Part shown: in pieces, positions 39,803 through 50,126 of the stretch
Numbering within the stretch: position 1 is the first letter of the stretch
How the letters are laid out: every line of letters starts with the position of its first letter
DNA from: a virus
DNA length: 64,000 nt
Reading direction: 5' to 3' (one strand)
IMG/VR virus record: IMGVR_UViG_3300006750_000002
Span: 64,001 to 128,000 of that record
Made by a program: the position numbers and the translations under genes
Notes under the pieces: generated by a model
Databases searched by the model: none
What the model saw: only the letters and a program-made list of their open reading frames with translations
Told to the model about the DNA's origin: nothing

Positions 39803-42268
39803 ATGGGAACAGGATATATGTCAAAAACAGGGAGTAGCGGTCTAATAGCGGTGAGACTGACTGACGCTGGAAGAAAAAAACTATCACAAGGTCAATTATC
39901 GTTGACCAAATTCCAATTAGGGGACAGTGAATTTTGCTATAATTGTTATACTCAAGTATTAACACAATCTAACGGAATTTTCATTATAGAACCTAAATGG
40001 AACGCACAAAACATATCTAACATATCGTACGAGTTAAATAAAATGAATGTTAAGTATCCCATTCCTTTAGTGGATGTTAGTTCAGCTCAAACCTATGGTG
40101 TATTACAACCCCAACCAACCGAAAACCCTGTTTTTAATACTGCAAGACCTAGAGGGTTTTTCTCGGGCAGCACTAATACTTCATATTCAGCTATGACCAC
40201 TTCTGAATACATCTATGGGTCTAATTGGTGTTTACCATTTTCAGGACTAACTGGGACAAGTCAGATGTTATTGGTCAGTGGAGGGTGTAACTCCTTTAAT
40301 TATACCCCAACAATAGGTGACTTGGTTATGGTACAGTATTTTGGGCCTTATCAGGACACTGTCGCAAATTGTAACAGCACCTCTATTAATATACCTCAAA
40401 ATAATCCAGTACCTTATTTATTTTATAATGTGGTTGCGGCTACTACAGATTTAACTGGTGGTACTGTAATTACCAGTGCAAATACAGAGGCAACAATTTT
40501 GGTAAGTGTAGATAGGAATATACCAGATTTTAGTATGTACTCAGACAATGGATTATGTGCTAATATTATCATATACCCACAAGGTAATATGTTAAACTTT
40601 TATGGGGCAGACACCCCCATACCATACTGGTCTCCAGGTTCACTTTCTTTTGATAATAACTGTGATGTTTCAGTAAAAGATGTGGCGGTTTGGAATATGA
40701 ACGTTAACTGGACACAATACTATGACAATAATTTAAATTGGGCAACTGTCGCTGGCACCAACAATACTGTTTATGGGGACGTTGACACATATGGTTCTAG
40801 TGGTTATTGTGGAACTAAGGAATATTTAGGATATAATAATTTTGAAGGTCAGTTTGACAGTACTAACATGCCGGACTATTATGGCTCTATACCTGTTTTA
40901 GGTTATTCCCCACAATTCTCAGGGACTTACGTTAGAGATTCATTTGGTAACATACGTAGCATTCTCCCTGAAGACCAAAGATGTATCGCTGTTCTTCACT
41001 ACACTAATGAGACTATTTCTAATTTTTATGGTGAGAAATTCTCTTTATACAAAACAGGTGAGGGTGGAGCGAACGGTGTCGGTGAAATGCAAAATTTTAA
41101 AATACACATGCCAACATTAATGTGGCATAAGAAAAAAGGTGGAAATAGTGGGTCTGGTACTGGCACTGGTTTAGGTAATGAGTGTACTATAGGTCAAACT
41201 TTTTATGTACAACCTCCAGGGTATTCGAATGTTGCTCAAGTACAATACATTGCGTCTACTGTTAATCCAGATATGAATGAACCAGGAATTAGGTATTATC
41301 ATTTATGGGACGATAATTTGGCCGCGACTTCTGGGACAACTGCGGTACCTAATAGAGTGGGTAAAGTATTCCCAGATTTACATATGATAACAATAGACGA
41401 CCAAGAATTAGTAGCGTCCATGAGTTATAAGTCTAATAGAAACTGGACACTACCGATGCCTAAATTAGAGTTAGTAGCGGAAAACACCTCAGTTTGTGTG
41501 GCCCCACCTAGTTGTACTGGAGGTTTCTTTAGTAATGGTGGTGGAATAAGCATCCCGAACAGTGAACAAGTGTGGGTTAGTTATTTAATGGAGAGTAGCT
41601 CTGGATATACTACAGGTCTCCACTGTAATTATTACCCTTCTATTGTTGGGGACACCACGACTGGAGCAAAGGACGTATCAGTCCAGTTTGGGACAGAGTT
41701 CCCTTATTTGAGGGAATATAATAATACTTTATGTGTTCCATTTTCTGGTTCCGGTGTTCAAATAGATAAGTTCAATATTATATATCAAAAGACAGCGTAC
41801 GGTGTACCACCAGACCCAGCTTTATGGTCGATAATAGATATGACATCAAGTATTACGGACCATAGTGTGGGTGACCCAGTTCAAGCTACAGGTCTCACAT
41901 CTACAGTATTCTATTTAACGTGTGATACCCTTCTGAGTGCTACTACATATAATCTTCATGATTATATCAACATACCACTTAATAATGGACAAGAACCGAA
42001 CACATTACAATTTGGTGACGAATACTTTTTCTATGGTAATTTAGAAAGTGATATAACCGCAACTATTTATGAAATGAGATATGGTATTACATTGGCTCCT
42101 GGCCAATTCACAACCTCATTAAATCCAAGTTGGGACGCCAATAATTTAGTAAGGATAACAGAAATTGGGTTATATGATAATACTAGTGATTTGATGGCAA
42201 TTGCAAAACTTAAAAGCCCAACTATAAGGAGTGGAGCTCAAACATTCCAGATAAAAATAGATTTTTAA
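39803..42268 (+). CDS. tail-collar-fibre-like structural protein
   Basis: N-terminal RLTDAGRKKL...KFQLGDSE and C-terminal RITEIGLYDNTSDLMAIAKLKSP motifs resembling tail-collar fibre domains. Confidence 0.55.
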   Translation: MGTGYMSKTGSSGLIAVRLTDAGRKKLSQGQLSLTKFQLGDSEFCYNCYTQVLTQSNGIFIIEPKWNAQNISNISYELNKMNVKYPIPLVDVSSAQTYGVLQPQPTENPVFNTARPRGFFSGSTNTSYSAMTTSEYIYGSNWCLPFSGLTGTSQMLLVSGGCNSFNYTPTIGDLVMVQYFGPYQDTVANCNSTSINIPQNNPVPYLFYNVVAATTDLTGGTVITSANTEATILVSVDRNIPDFSMYSDNGLCANIIIYPQGNMLNFYGADTPIPYWSPGSLSFDNNCDVSVKDVAVWNMNVNWTQYYDNNLNWATVAGTNNTVYGDVDTYGSSGYCGTKEYLGYNNFEGQFDSTNMPDYYGSIPVLGYSPQFSGTYVRDSFGNIRSILPEDQRCIAVLHYTNETISNFYGEKFSLYKTGEGGANGVGEMQNFKIHMPTLMWHKKKGGNSGSGTGTGLGNECTIGQTFYVQPPGYSNVAQVQYIASTVNPDMNEPGIRYYHLWDDNLAATSGTTAVPNRVGKVFPDLHMITIDDQELVASMSYKSNRNWTLPMPKLELVAENTSVCVAPPSCTGGFFSNGGGISIPNSEQVWVSYLMESSSGYTTGLHCNYYPSIVGDTTTGAKDVSVQFGTEFPYLREYNNTLCVPFSGSGVQIDKFNIIYQKTAYGVPPDPALWSIIDMTSSITDHSVGDPVQATGLTSTVFYLTCDTLLSATTYNLHDYINIPLNNGQEPNTLQFGDEYFFYGNLESDITATIYEMRYGITLAPGQFTTSLNPSWDANNLVRITEIGLYDNTSDLMAIAKLKSPTIRSGAQTFQIKIDF

Positions 42269-42280
42269 AACATATAATGG

Positions 42281-45200
42281 ATGGGGTTTTTAGGGAATCT
42301 AGATAAAATAAATACTCTTGAATTATTCCTTACCGATAAGGGAAAGGAGTTAATGCTCAAAGAAAATGGATTAGGGTTAGAAGATTTAATTGTTAGGTTT
42401 AGTTTAGATGATGCGGATTATGATTATAGAAGGTCTAGTGCTGCGTGGGTAGATGGAATTTCCCCTATACCAGATGGAAGTTCGTTACCATTTGGCACTG
42501 ACCAAAGTGGGACGAACAATGTGTGGCCAGATGGAAGTTCGTTACCAGATAACAACCCCTGTTGGTCTTGTGGGGGTGTAGATTGTGCACCTCTTTCAGG
42601 AACTTGTTGGTACGATATGCCAGATGTTAGAGGAGATAGGGGAACTAAAATAATTAACTGTTACAACGTTTCAGCTACAACGGAAGGTGTTAAGGCCTGT
42701 ACTAACGTATATGCATTTTATGATGTTACTTCCATAGATAGGGATGCCGCGGACGCCGCTAAACTCGGACTTAATGATTGGTTCGTTGGTATGACTGCTG
42801 CTACACCTAACTATATTGGTAAATTATTTCATATTGCTGTTTTTGGTGAAAGATGGATTAACACAAGTTGGTATCCTTGGAATGGTAAACTAGATACTTG
42901 GGAATGGACACCATGTGGTAATAGTGAACCAGGTTCACCATTAGGATATCCTTGTAACGATAATAGTTCTACTTTCATTGGTACTAATCCAGACTACCTT
43001 GAACCTGTAACTGGTTTATATTTACAAGCTGATAATGGTACAGACTCAGGTGTTGGTACTGGGGATTGGACTGGATTTAATGAATTACCACCAAACGCTA
43101 TTGTTAGTAGTTACGGTAACGGTACTGGTGGTAGAGCAGAATTTTGGACCACAGGATGTACATTAGTTGATATTCGTGCTCCTGGTTATGGCCACGATAA
43201 AGCGGATATTGGGACCTCTGGTCCTGTTGGAGTTACAGCTTCTACTTCTAACGGAAATATTGGTTACACATTCGACCCTAATGCTTTTAGTGCCAGCACC
43301 ACTTTTAGTGCTTATACCCCAAATGACTTTACAATCACGACTCTAGGGGATGGACTGTCTATAACTGCGGGGGATTTAGAGGGGAATTTGCCGATTAACA
43401 CTTGTGAAGATAATTGTTGTCCGGACCCTGGATATGAGGAGCCAGGATTATTTGGGTGTCAAGATTGTAGCCCATTTGACAACACCATAACAAATGGGTT
43501 TGTATATGAATTTGTAAGTAAGAGTGTCAGTTGGGTTCCCATCAGTTCAAATGTGACTGGTGGTACTATGGACTTGCAGCTATATACAAATATAGCTGAT
43601 TGTGTTAAATATAGAGGTATGGACCGTAATGTGTTGATTGTGGATATATTCGATGAGGCACAAGGAGGTAGTAATGCATATTCAAGTGCCGGTTACAGTG
43701 CTGGTGTTCTTCCTTTGGGACAGAAGACTTTTTATAATGGGGTGGATGGTATCCCCAGTACGATGCTCACAGAGACTTTAGGTGACTCGGGTGGTGAACT
43801 CTCCCCTACTTGGGCAACGAACGACTACACTGGGTATCATGGTGGTGGTCCTTCTGTTACAGACTGTACAAGTTGTGTGCCAGACTTAGTCAACAATTGG
43901 GGTATATACTCCCCCACAGGAGCAGACACACAATTCCAGGCCAGACAACAACAACCCACCGTAGATTGGAAGTACTCACAAGACCTCTTCTTAAAAACAC
44001 ACCCATTCTATGAAAATTTCCAAGGGTTTGTGTATCCTGTGGTTCCTTTAGTGGACCCCACTGGTAACACCAATACATCTAAAATGGTTTTCCCTCTTCA
44101 TTTATATGGAGCTATTTATGGGGAGCTGGTTCCTCTTAGTGAATTCCAAGACAACCCAACCGTTGTCGTATTAGGAGGCACACTCGCGGAGTGCACACTA
44201 ACGAATCCTTATGACGTGTTAACCCCTGTCACATATGACCCTAGTGGAGTTCAAGTAACTTCACAAAATAGTGACTATAACTGGGAACCTTTTGATTCTT
44301 CAACATTTTCACCTAGTGAGGGAATAATAAATCTCACTATCCCTAAAGGAATGAGAAATTGGGGTTGGGACTTCAACCCCACAGTAGGATGTCCAACATT
44401 ACCTTGTAATGTTGCTAACATATTTAGTGGTGGGACATTTGAAGCGGATTTAACTAGTTACACAAGTGGTTCACTTCCATTGACGACCGTATCTTCAGGG
44501 TGTACCGAATGTCAATGCCTCCCTGCTGTTTTTATTAACAAAAGGGGTCCAGTTGAAGTTATAAATGAAGGACCTGGTGGGGGCACTAACCCGCCACCAG
44601 ACAACCCTATAACTACGGGTATTTGTGGACCAATACCTGATTTTGTTTCAAATGGATTTAGTGCTTCTAGATTTATAGGGCAATCGGGCAAACCTTCAGG
44701 GGACCCAACAATAAACGAGGAGCTATATGTTCCTAAATCTTACACTAATTTTAGAAGTGGATTAGCGGACAGTGATACGGGAATAGGGGCAAATGTACCA
44801 CCTCTTAGGACTACCTCCCATGTCGATAACTATAGTCCAGCATATAGCATTGATTTTACGATTACCCTACAACAGTTTTATGAAAAAGATAAACTAATGT
44901 GGGACGTAGAGTTTATCAGCACTTCACGATACGGTGAGTATTTAATACAAGAAGGTGACGGTTCAAAGTTCTATTGGTTAATAGGGTCTGGGTATAAAGG
45001 AAGTAGGAGAAACCCTAAGGAAACTAAAGCTTGTATTAGTCCTACTCTTGCTATACTAAACCTACATAGAAGGGATAGTGTCGGTGTTAACATAGCTTAT
45101 CTTAGGGGTTATTGGACTGAGAGTGAAAATTATGTGAGTAAAAGAAATAATATCAACCAAGGTTCTACAGAAGAAGTATTGAGTTATGAATTTTGTGTTA

Positions 45201-45298
45201 CTATGGCGTATAGTTACCGAGGGAAACTACTTAAGAAAACTAAAAGATTTAACGTAACTGGAAATAATTATGGGTATAAGTTAATTGATAAGTCATAA
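42281..45298 (+). CDS. Cys/Gly-rich tail-associated protein with vWA-like domain
   Basis: 1005 aa; N-terminal LTDKGKELM...RFSLDDADYDY; internal domain paralogous to part of the 2819-aa protein. Confidence 0.55.
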   Translation: MGFLGNLDKINTLELFLTDKGKELMLKENGLGLEDLIVRFSLDDADYDYRRSSAAWVDGISPIPDGSSLPFGTDQSGTNNVWPDGSSLPDNNPCWSCGGVDCAPLSGTCWYDMPDVRGDRGTKIINCYNVSATTEGVKACTNVYAFYDVTSIDRDAADAAKLGLNDWFVGMTAATPNYIGKLFHIAVFGERWINTSWYPWNGKLDTWEWTPCGNSEPGSPLGYPCNDNSSTFIGTNPDYLEPVTGLYLQADNGTDSGVGTGDWTGFNELPPNAIVSSYGNGTGGRAEFWTTGCTLVDIRAPGYGHDKADIGTSGPVGVTASTSNGNIGYTFDPNAFSASTTFSAYTPNDFTITTLGDGLSITAGDLEGNLPINTCEDNCCPDPGYEEPGLFGCQDCSPFDNTITNGFVYEFVSKSVSWVPISSNVTGGTMDLQLYTNIADCVKYRGMDRNVLIVDIFDEAQGGSNAYSSAGYSAGVLPLGQKTFYNGVDGIPSTMLTETLGDSGGELSPTWATNDYTGYHGGGPSVTDCTSCVPDLVNNWGIYSPTGADTQFQARQQQPTVDWKYSQDLFLKTHPFYENFQGFVYPVVPLVDPTGNTNTSKMVFPLHLYGAIYGELVPLSEFQDNPTVVVLGGTLAECTLTNPYDVLTPVTYDPSGVQVTSQNSDYNWEPFDSSTFSPSEGIINLTIPKGMRNWGWDFNPTVGCPTLPCNVANIFSGGTFEADLTSYTSGSLPLTTVSSGCTECQCLPAVFINKRGPVEVINEGPGGGTNPPPDNPITTGICGPIPDFVSNGFSASRFIGQSGKPSGDPTINEELYVPKSYTNFRSGLADSDTGIGANVPPLRTTSHVDNYSPAYSIDFTITLQQFYEKDKLMWDVEFISTSRYGEYLIQEGDGSKFYWLIGSGYKGSRRNPKETKACISPTLAILNLHRRDSVGVNIAYLRGYWTESENYVSKRNNINQGSTEEVLSYEFCVTMAYSYRGKLLKKTKRFNVTGNNYGYKLIDKS

Positions 45299-45353
45299 TA
45301 GTTTACATTCAGGAAATAAAAATTAAGATAATTATATAATAAGGAACAACATA

Positions 45354-47027
45354 ATGGGATATATAACAAGTGCAACTACACAATATTTAGACCTTCACAT
45401 GACGGAAAGGGGTAGGAAATTCCTATTGCAAGGAAGCCTTGCGGACCATATAGTTAAATTTGCTTTGGGTGACACCGATAAAGATTACCGTAACGCTTTA
45501 AATCTAAGTTCTGGTTTTGTACCAGACGTGACCGGTAATCATGCTAACTGTATTTTTGGTGTTAATGACGGTTATGAGATTAGAAATAAGATTACTTATG
45601 TAGAGGGTGGGACTTCATTAAGTAGCCAACAACAGAGTTCTGCGATGATGGGAAGTTACATGGACCCGACTACTAACACTCCAGTTTGGGGTACTAGAAT
45701 GACTACTAACTTATACCTACATGATTGGTTCACCGCTTTTAGAGTCGCTGCATTTTCAGAGATAGGGAACCACTCCTGGACTAATTTAACAAAGAGTGAC
45801 TTTACGGAATATTTTAACACTATATACCAACCATCAGGTAAAGCTTGGTCTTTAAATATCGGTGGCTTATTTGACGCGATGGAAACTAAAGGAAGGGGAG
45901 TTGGAATAACCATAGCTGATAAATTCTTCACCCAAGAGAGGAACTCATATAACCCATCTAATAATGAAATTAAGTTGGTCGGAGCGACAGCAGCACTATT
46001 CCCTATATTTTTTGGGGGAGCATATGTAACGTCTAAGAACAAAGAAGTTACGTTAAAAGGAGCTCAACGAGGCTTGAGGAGAAAAGTGACCACCATTTCC
46101 TCACCTTTTGCACTTACTAGTGATACCTTTAAAAACATTAAAAACCAAGCCTTTGTAGGGTCGGGCAAAATGACTTTAAGTTTAGGGTCTTATTTAGATT
46201 ATGGTTACATGTTTGGACAATTGGTGGAAAATATTACATATTACCCATCCTATGGTTATTATAACGGAAGTGGTGGGATGTATAATATATTTGACGTGCA
46301 GAACCCTAGTTTTAATAGTAGATTTGCTGAAGGTAAGGGGAAAGAATTAAATACCTTAGTACCTATGGGCAGAGCAATACTCCCATTCGACACTACAAGT
46401 AACGCATACTTTCCTCTCCAGACAAATCAAATTAATACTAATAGTACCACTAATTTTAAATCGGAATCTGGGACTGCGGTAGGTATGAACCTGTCGGATA
46501 GTACCGCACCACTTAACACTTTAAGTAAATTTTTATCAGGTACCGCACTTTACACTATAAATTCAGAAGCTAGGGCCTACGATAAGGTATTCCAACCTGA
46601 TAGACCCTCAGGTGAATTAAGAGAACCTAAGACTGGGTTAGAATTACTTATATCACACACCATAGACTTCTTTGATGCGTTAACGGTAGACCCACGAAGT
46701 AGTAATTTTATTACCACTACAGGTTCAGGTTTAGAAAAAGAATATAATATTTCTTTTACCTTTGAAATTACTAATAGTAATAACCCGCAAGTTTCCCCAG
46801 CATCGTTAACGGTCAACATTAACTTTAGTTTAAAAGCTTTATTTGAAAACTTTACATATTTAGAACCAACCTCCACGAGCCCTAGTAGGATTCTGGTATG
46901 GGACAGTAGTAAAAAAGAAAATAAGTTCTATGGAGCTGGTGCTGCGGTAAGTGATTATACCATAAACCCACTAGCTTCTACCACTACAGGTGGATATGCA
47001 ATATTTAACAGTAGCTCAATAACATAA
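45354..47027 (+). CDS. tail-associated structural protein
   Basis: 557 aa; N-terminal MTERGRKFLL...KFALGDTDKDY paralogous to the two upstream genes. Confidence 0.55.
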   Translation: MGYITSATTQYLDLHMTERGRKFLLQGSLADHIVKFALGDTDKDYRNALNLSSGFVPDVTGNHANCIFGVNDGYEIRNKITYVEGGTSLSSQQQSSAMMGSYMDPTTNTPVWGTRMTTNLYLHDWFTAFRVAAFSEIGNHSWTNLTKSDFTEYFNTIYQPSGKAWSLNIGGLFDAMETKGRGVGITIADKFFTQERNSYNPSNNEIKLVGATAALFPIFFGGAYVTSKNKEVTLKGAQRGLRRKVTTISSPFALTSDTFKNIKNQAFVGSGKMTLSLGSYLDYGYMFGQLVENITYYPSYGYYNGSGGMYNIFDVQNPSFNSRFAEGKGKELNTLVPMGRAILPFDTTSNAYFPLQTNQINTNSTTNFKSESGTAVGMNLSDSTAPLNTLSKFLSGTALYTINSEARAYDKVFQPDRPSGELREPKTGLELLISHTIDFFDALTVDPRSSNFITTTGSGLEKEYNISFTFEITNSNNPQVSPASLTVNINFSLKALFENFTYLEPTSTSPSRILVWDSSKKENKFYGAGAAVSDYTINPLASTTTGGYAIFNSSSIT

Positions 47028-47030
47028 GAT

Positions 47031-47447
47031 ATGTCAAATCAAACAAGAACAATAATAAATAACTTTATAAGTCAATTTGGGAACACGCCCAATGGAGTTA
47101 CCCCACTTAAATATGGTGCGGGTACTAGTTATACAGACGCGTCTAATAGTTCTACCGCAATTGTAGCGGGTAATAATGCTCATACTAGAGGAGAAATAGA
47201 TGGGTCTAATCATGTAAGGACTTTATTTATATCGGTATTAAATGAAAAAGGAGATGAACAAGTAGATGGGGTTAACCTACTTACGTATACTCCAGCTATC
47301 ACATACCAGAGTAATAAAAATGGAATTACCGACCCAAGACTGGTAAAAAAACTACATTTCCAGGGAGCTCAATTTTTAACCTTGTCATCAGATGGGCAAT
47401 CCCTAATCCCATTGAGAACTAACACACCCAATAGAACAACGGTCTAA
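47031..47447 (+). CDS. hypothetical protein
   Basis: 138-aa ORF in the structural operon. Confidence 0.6.
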   Translation: MSNQTRTIINNFISQFGNTPNGVTPLKYGAGTSYTDASNSSTAIVAGNNAHTRGEIDGSNHVRTLFISVLNEKGDEQVDGVNLLTYTPAITYQSNKNGITDPRLVKKLHFQGAQFLTLSSDGQSLIPLRTNTPNRTTV

Positions 47448-47470
47448 ACAGTAAAAAAATATATATAAAA

Positions 47471-48574
47471 ATGGATTTTAAACCAGTATCAAGTAAAACA
47501 GTAGAAAGTGAAATAGTACCTTTCGGCACATTAAATCCCGCTTTTAATGGGTATAACCAAGTGATAGGTAATGCTTTGAAGATGACGGTCGCACAAAGAA
47601 ACCCTAACAATGGTAGAGCGTTTTCTAATCTGTATCCATCTTTTAACTTACCTGCTGCTAATTTTGTGGTAAATTCGTGGGACATAGAATGGAGTTCTAA
47701 CGCCTTAGAAAATATAGATAATGACGATAATGTGGTAGTGATTGAGATACCTAAGAATAGTTATGGGGAATTAATAGATGGTCGGACCATTAAATTAACA
47801 TTACCTCATCTAGATGGAACCGCATTTGATTGTTATAGTTCTTATTATTTACCTTCTAATGCGTCTAGTGACCCTAGTCCAGAAGCGGAATATTTTGGAC
47901 ACACATCCGCTTTAAATTTGGGATACCCCAATCCAGATGTTGAGACACCTAGCACTAATGTATCATTTCTATTTTCTGATAAATTTCGTACACCAGCGGG
48001 TGGAGGAAGTTGGGCAGATGGATATACTACATCATCACCACCAGCAGGTTATCCAGATGCCACCACATTCTTTAGTTTCGAATCAGGTGGGGATAAGAAG
48101 GTCGCTTTAAGTTCTTCTGGGGCAACTACAGGGTTAGACCAACCTATTGGAATTTGTTATCTAGATAAAGGCTTTATTGTGTTAACTGATTCAGGTGTGA
48201 CTCAGAATATTAAGTGGTCAGCCTGTACCGATGGGGGTTCAGGATATACCTATAGTGCTTTAACACAAGTTAGTTTTGCTACAGACTCTTCCCTAACATT
48301 TTACAGCTTTGAAAAACAATGGGTGTTGAATGTATTATGTGAAGCTGGTGTACAAGAGTTCGGGGTGACAAAAAACCAAACCGCAGCAGATTTAAACCCC
48401 ACTGTTAACGCAGATGGGGAGTATGAGTTATTTTCTGTTAACAAACCTGTTTACATTAGTGAAGTCGGGTTGTATGATACTGATGGGAATATGTTAGCGA
48501 TAGCTAAACCCGATAAACCAGTAGAAAAGTATTATAACAATCCCAGTTACTTTGGATTGAAATTTAGATTTTAA
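47471..48574 (+). CDS. tail-associated structural protein (tail-collar-like C-terminus)
   Basis: C-terminal YISEVGLYDTDGNMLAIAKPDKP, paralogous to the C-terminus of 39803..42268. Confidence 0.55.
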   Translation: MDFKPVSSKTVESEIVPFGTLNPAFNGYNQVIGNALKMTVAQRNPNNGRAFSNLYPSFNLPAANFVVNSWDIEWSSNALENIDNDDNVVVIEIPKNSYGELIDGRTIKLTLPHLDGTAFDCYSSYYLPSNASSDPSPEAEYFGHTSALNLGYPNPDVETPSTNVSFLFSDKFRTPAGGGSWADGYTTSSPPAGYPDATTFFSFESGGDKKVALSSSGATTGLDQPIGICYLDKGFIVLTDSGVTQNIKWSACTDGGSGYTYSALTQVSFATDSSLTFYSFEKQWVLNVLCEAGVQEFGVTKNQTAADLNPTVNADGEYELFSVNKPVYISEVGLYDTDGNMLAIAKPDKPVEKYYNNPSYFGLKFRF

Positions 48575-49168
48575 ATGTCGGTAAAAAGAGAACCTAAAAT
48601 TCTAGGATTAGATGTGTCCACTAAAACCATAGGTTGGGCACTATTTGGTATAAACTCTAAAAGTCTGTTAGAACTAACCCATTTTTCCCCTAGGGTATCA
48701 CCAAGACCTGAAGATAAGATAGAAGAACTCCTAAAGAAGGCAGTTGCTTTTCAAGAGAAACTAAAAGAAGTTAAAGACTTTAACATAACCAAAGTCGTTA
48801 TAGAAGAACCCCTACTCACATCTAATAACATTTACACAGTAAGTGCGTTGTTAAGGTATAATTCTATGATAGTTAAAACGGTATACGATGTTTTAGGTAT
48901 AGTGCCTAATTTTATATCGACATATAATTCACGAAAATTTGCTCACCCTCCCCTTTATAGTTATAATGATAAAGGCAAAAAAGTTTTATTTGGAGGGTAC
49001 CCAAAAGGGTGTGATAAAAAACACCTGGTTTGGGAACTGGTTAAAGAGTCCGAACCACAAATTGTTTGGCCTCACGCTAGAACAGGAAACCTTAAAAAAG
49101 AGTGTTATGACATGTCAGACGCTTATACCTGTGTCAAAGGGTACATGACCCAAAACGAAATCTGGTAA
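48575..49168 (+). CDS. ruvC: RuvC-like Holliday junction resolvase
   Basis: ILGLDVSTKTIGWAL, VVIEE, DMSDAY catalytic pattern of the RNase H fold. Confidence 0.8.
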   Translation: MSVKREPKILGLDVSTKTIGWALFGINSKSLLELTHFSPRVSPRPEDKIEELLKKAVAFQEKLKEVKDFNITKVVIEEPLLTSNNIYTVSALLRYNSMIVKTVYDVLGIVPNFISTYNSRKFAHPPLYSYNDKGKKVLFGGYPKGCDKKHLVWELVKESEPQIVWPHARTGNLKKECYDMSDAYTCVKGYMTQNEIW

Positions 49169-49198
49169 TTGACATTTCATTTGTAAATGTTATCTTTA
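49169..49198 (+). promoter_or_regulatory. promoter for the primase/recombination cluster
   Basis: TTGACA (49169-49174), 16 nt, TATCTTTA (49191-49198) with TGn extension; ATG at 49203. Confidence 0.6.
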
Positions 49199-49202
49199 AC
49201 AG

Positions 49203-50126
49203 ATGGAAGACCACAATCTTATAATTGAAATATTAGAAGACATTTTAGGTGATTCTTATAGACACCACCCAGGGAAAGGACAAATAGCTTTTGACTGCCC
49301 AGTATGTTCTTATGACTTAAAAGGACTAGATAGGGGTGATGGTAAAGGTAACTTGGAGGTGAACTACCAACTGGGGGTCTTTAAATGTTGGGCATGTTCT
49401 GAAACTAATTACACTAAAGGTCGGTTAGGTAAACTAATAAAAAAATGGGGAACCTCCAGACACCTTAGGGATTTTGAATTATTGAGCCCTGAAGAGTTCC
49501 ATTATAAAAATACTAAATATAATAAAGAACTAAAATTACCTATAGGGTATGTGTCACTTATGGATATATCACCTTACGATTTAAATGGTAAACAAGCGTG
49601 GAACTATCTTAGAAAAAGAAATATAAGTAAAGAACTTGTACAAAAATATAAAATTGGATTCACGACGGAAGGAGAATATAAATTTAGAATTATTGTCCCT
49701 TCATATAACCTTAATGGTGAACTACAGTTTTTTATAGCAAGAAGTTATGTGAATAGTAAGTTAAAGTATAAAAATCCTGAACAAGAGAAAAGTAACATCA
49801 TATTCAATGATGAACACATTAATTGGGATGATGACATTTATTTGGTAGAAGGAGTTTTCGATATGTTTTTTATTGAAAACAGTATTCCTCTTTTAGGTAA
49901 GGTAGTTCCAGATAGTTTATGGCAGAGATTATATGAAGAGTGTAAAGGTAATGTTATAATTTGTTTAGATGGTGATGCTTGGGAAGACTCTGTTAGGTTG
50001 TATGAAAAAATAAACGGTGGTAAGTTACGAGGAAGAGTTAGGGTAGTTAAATTACCCACTGATAAAGATATCGCAGAACTCAAAGGAGAAATAAAAGAAG
50101 AAAATATATTAGAATTGCATAAATAA
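49203..50126 (+). CDS. dnaG: DNA primase (Zn-ribbon plus TOPRIM)
   Basis: CPVC...CWAC zinc ribbon; IYLVEGVFD and CLDGDA TOPRIM motifs; KDIAE. Confidence 0.85.
   Translation: MEDHNLIIEILEDILGDSYRHHPGKGQIAFDCPVCSYDLKGLDRGDGKGNLEVNYQLGVFKCWACSETNYTKGRLGKLIKKWGTSRHLRDFELLSPEEFHYKNTKYNKELKLPIGYVSLMDISPYDLNGKQAWNYLRKRNISKELVQKYKIGFTTEGEYKFRIIVPSYNLNGELQFFIARSYVNSKLKYKNPEQEKSNIIFNDEHINWDDDIYLVEGVFDMFFIENSIPLLGKVVPDSLWQRLYEECKGNVIICLDGDAWEDSVRLYEKINGGKLRGRVRVVKLPTDKDIAELKGEIKEENILELHK

Noticed and set aside
42470-42547. 21-bp direct repeat (PDGSSLP x2) as a DGR or recombination site
   Set aside because: Short in-frame coding duplication, no adenine-specific mismatches, no reverse transcriptase in the window.
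48575-49168. TnpB/Cas12-like RuvC effector
   Set aside because: 197 aa with a compact resolvase RuvC pattern, no zinc finger, no transposon ends or guide locus.
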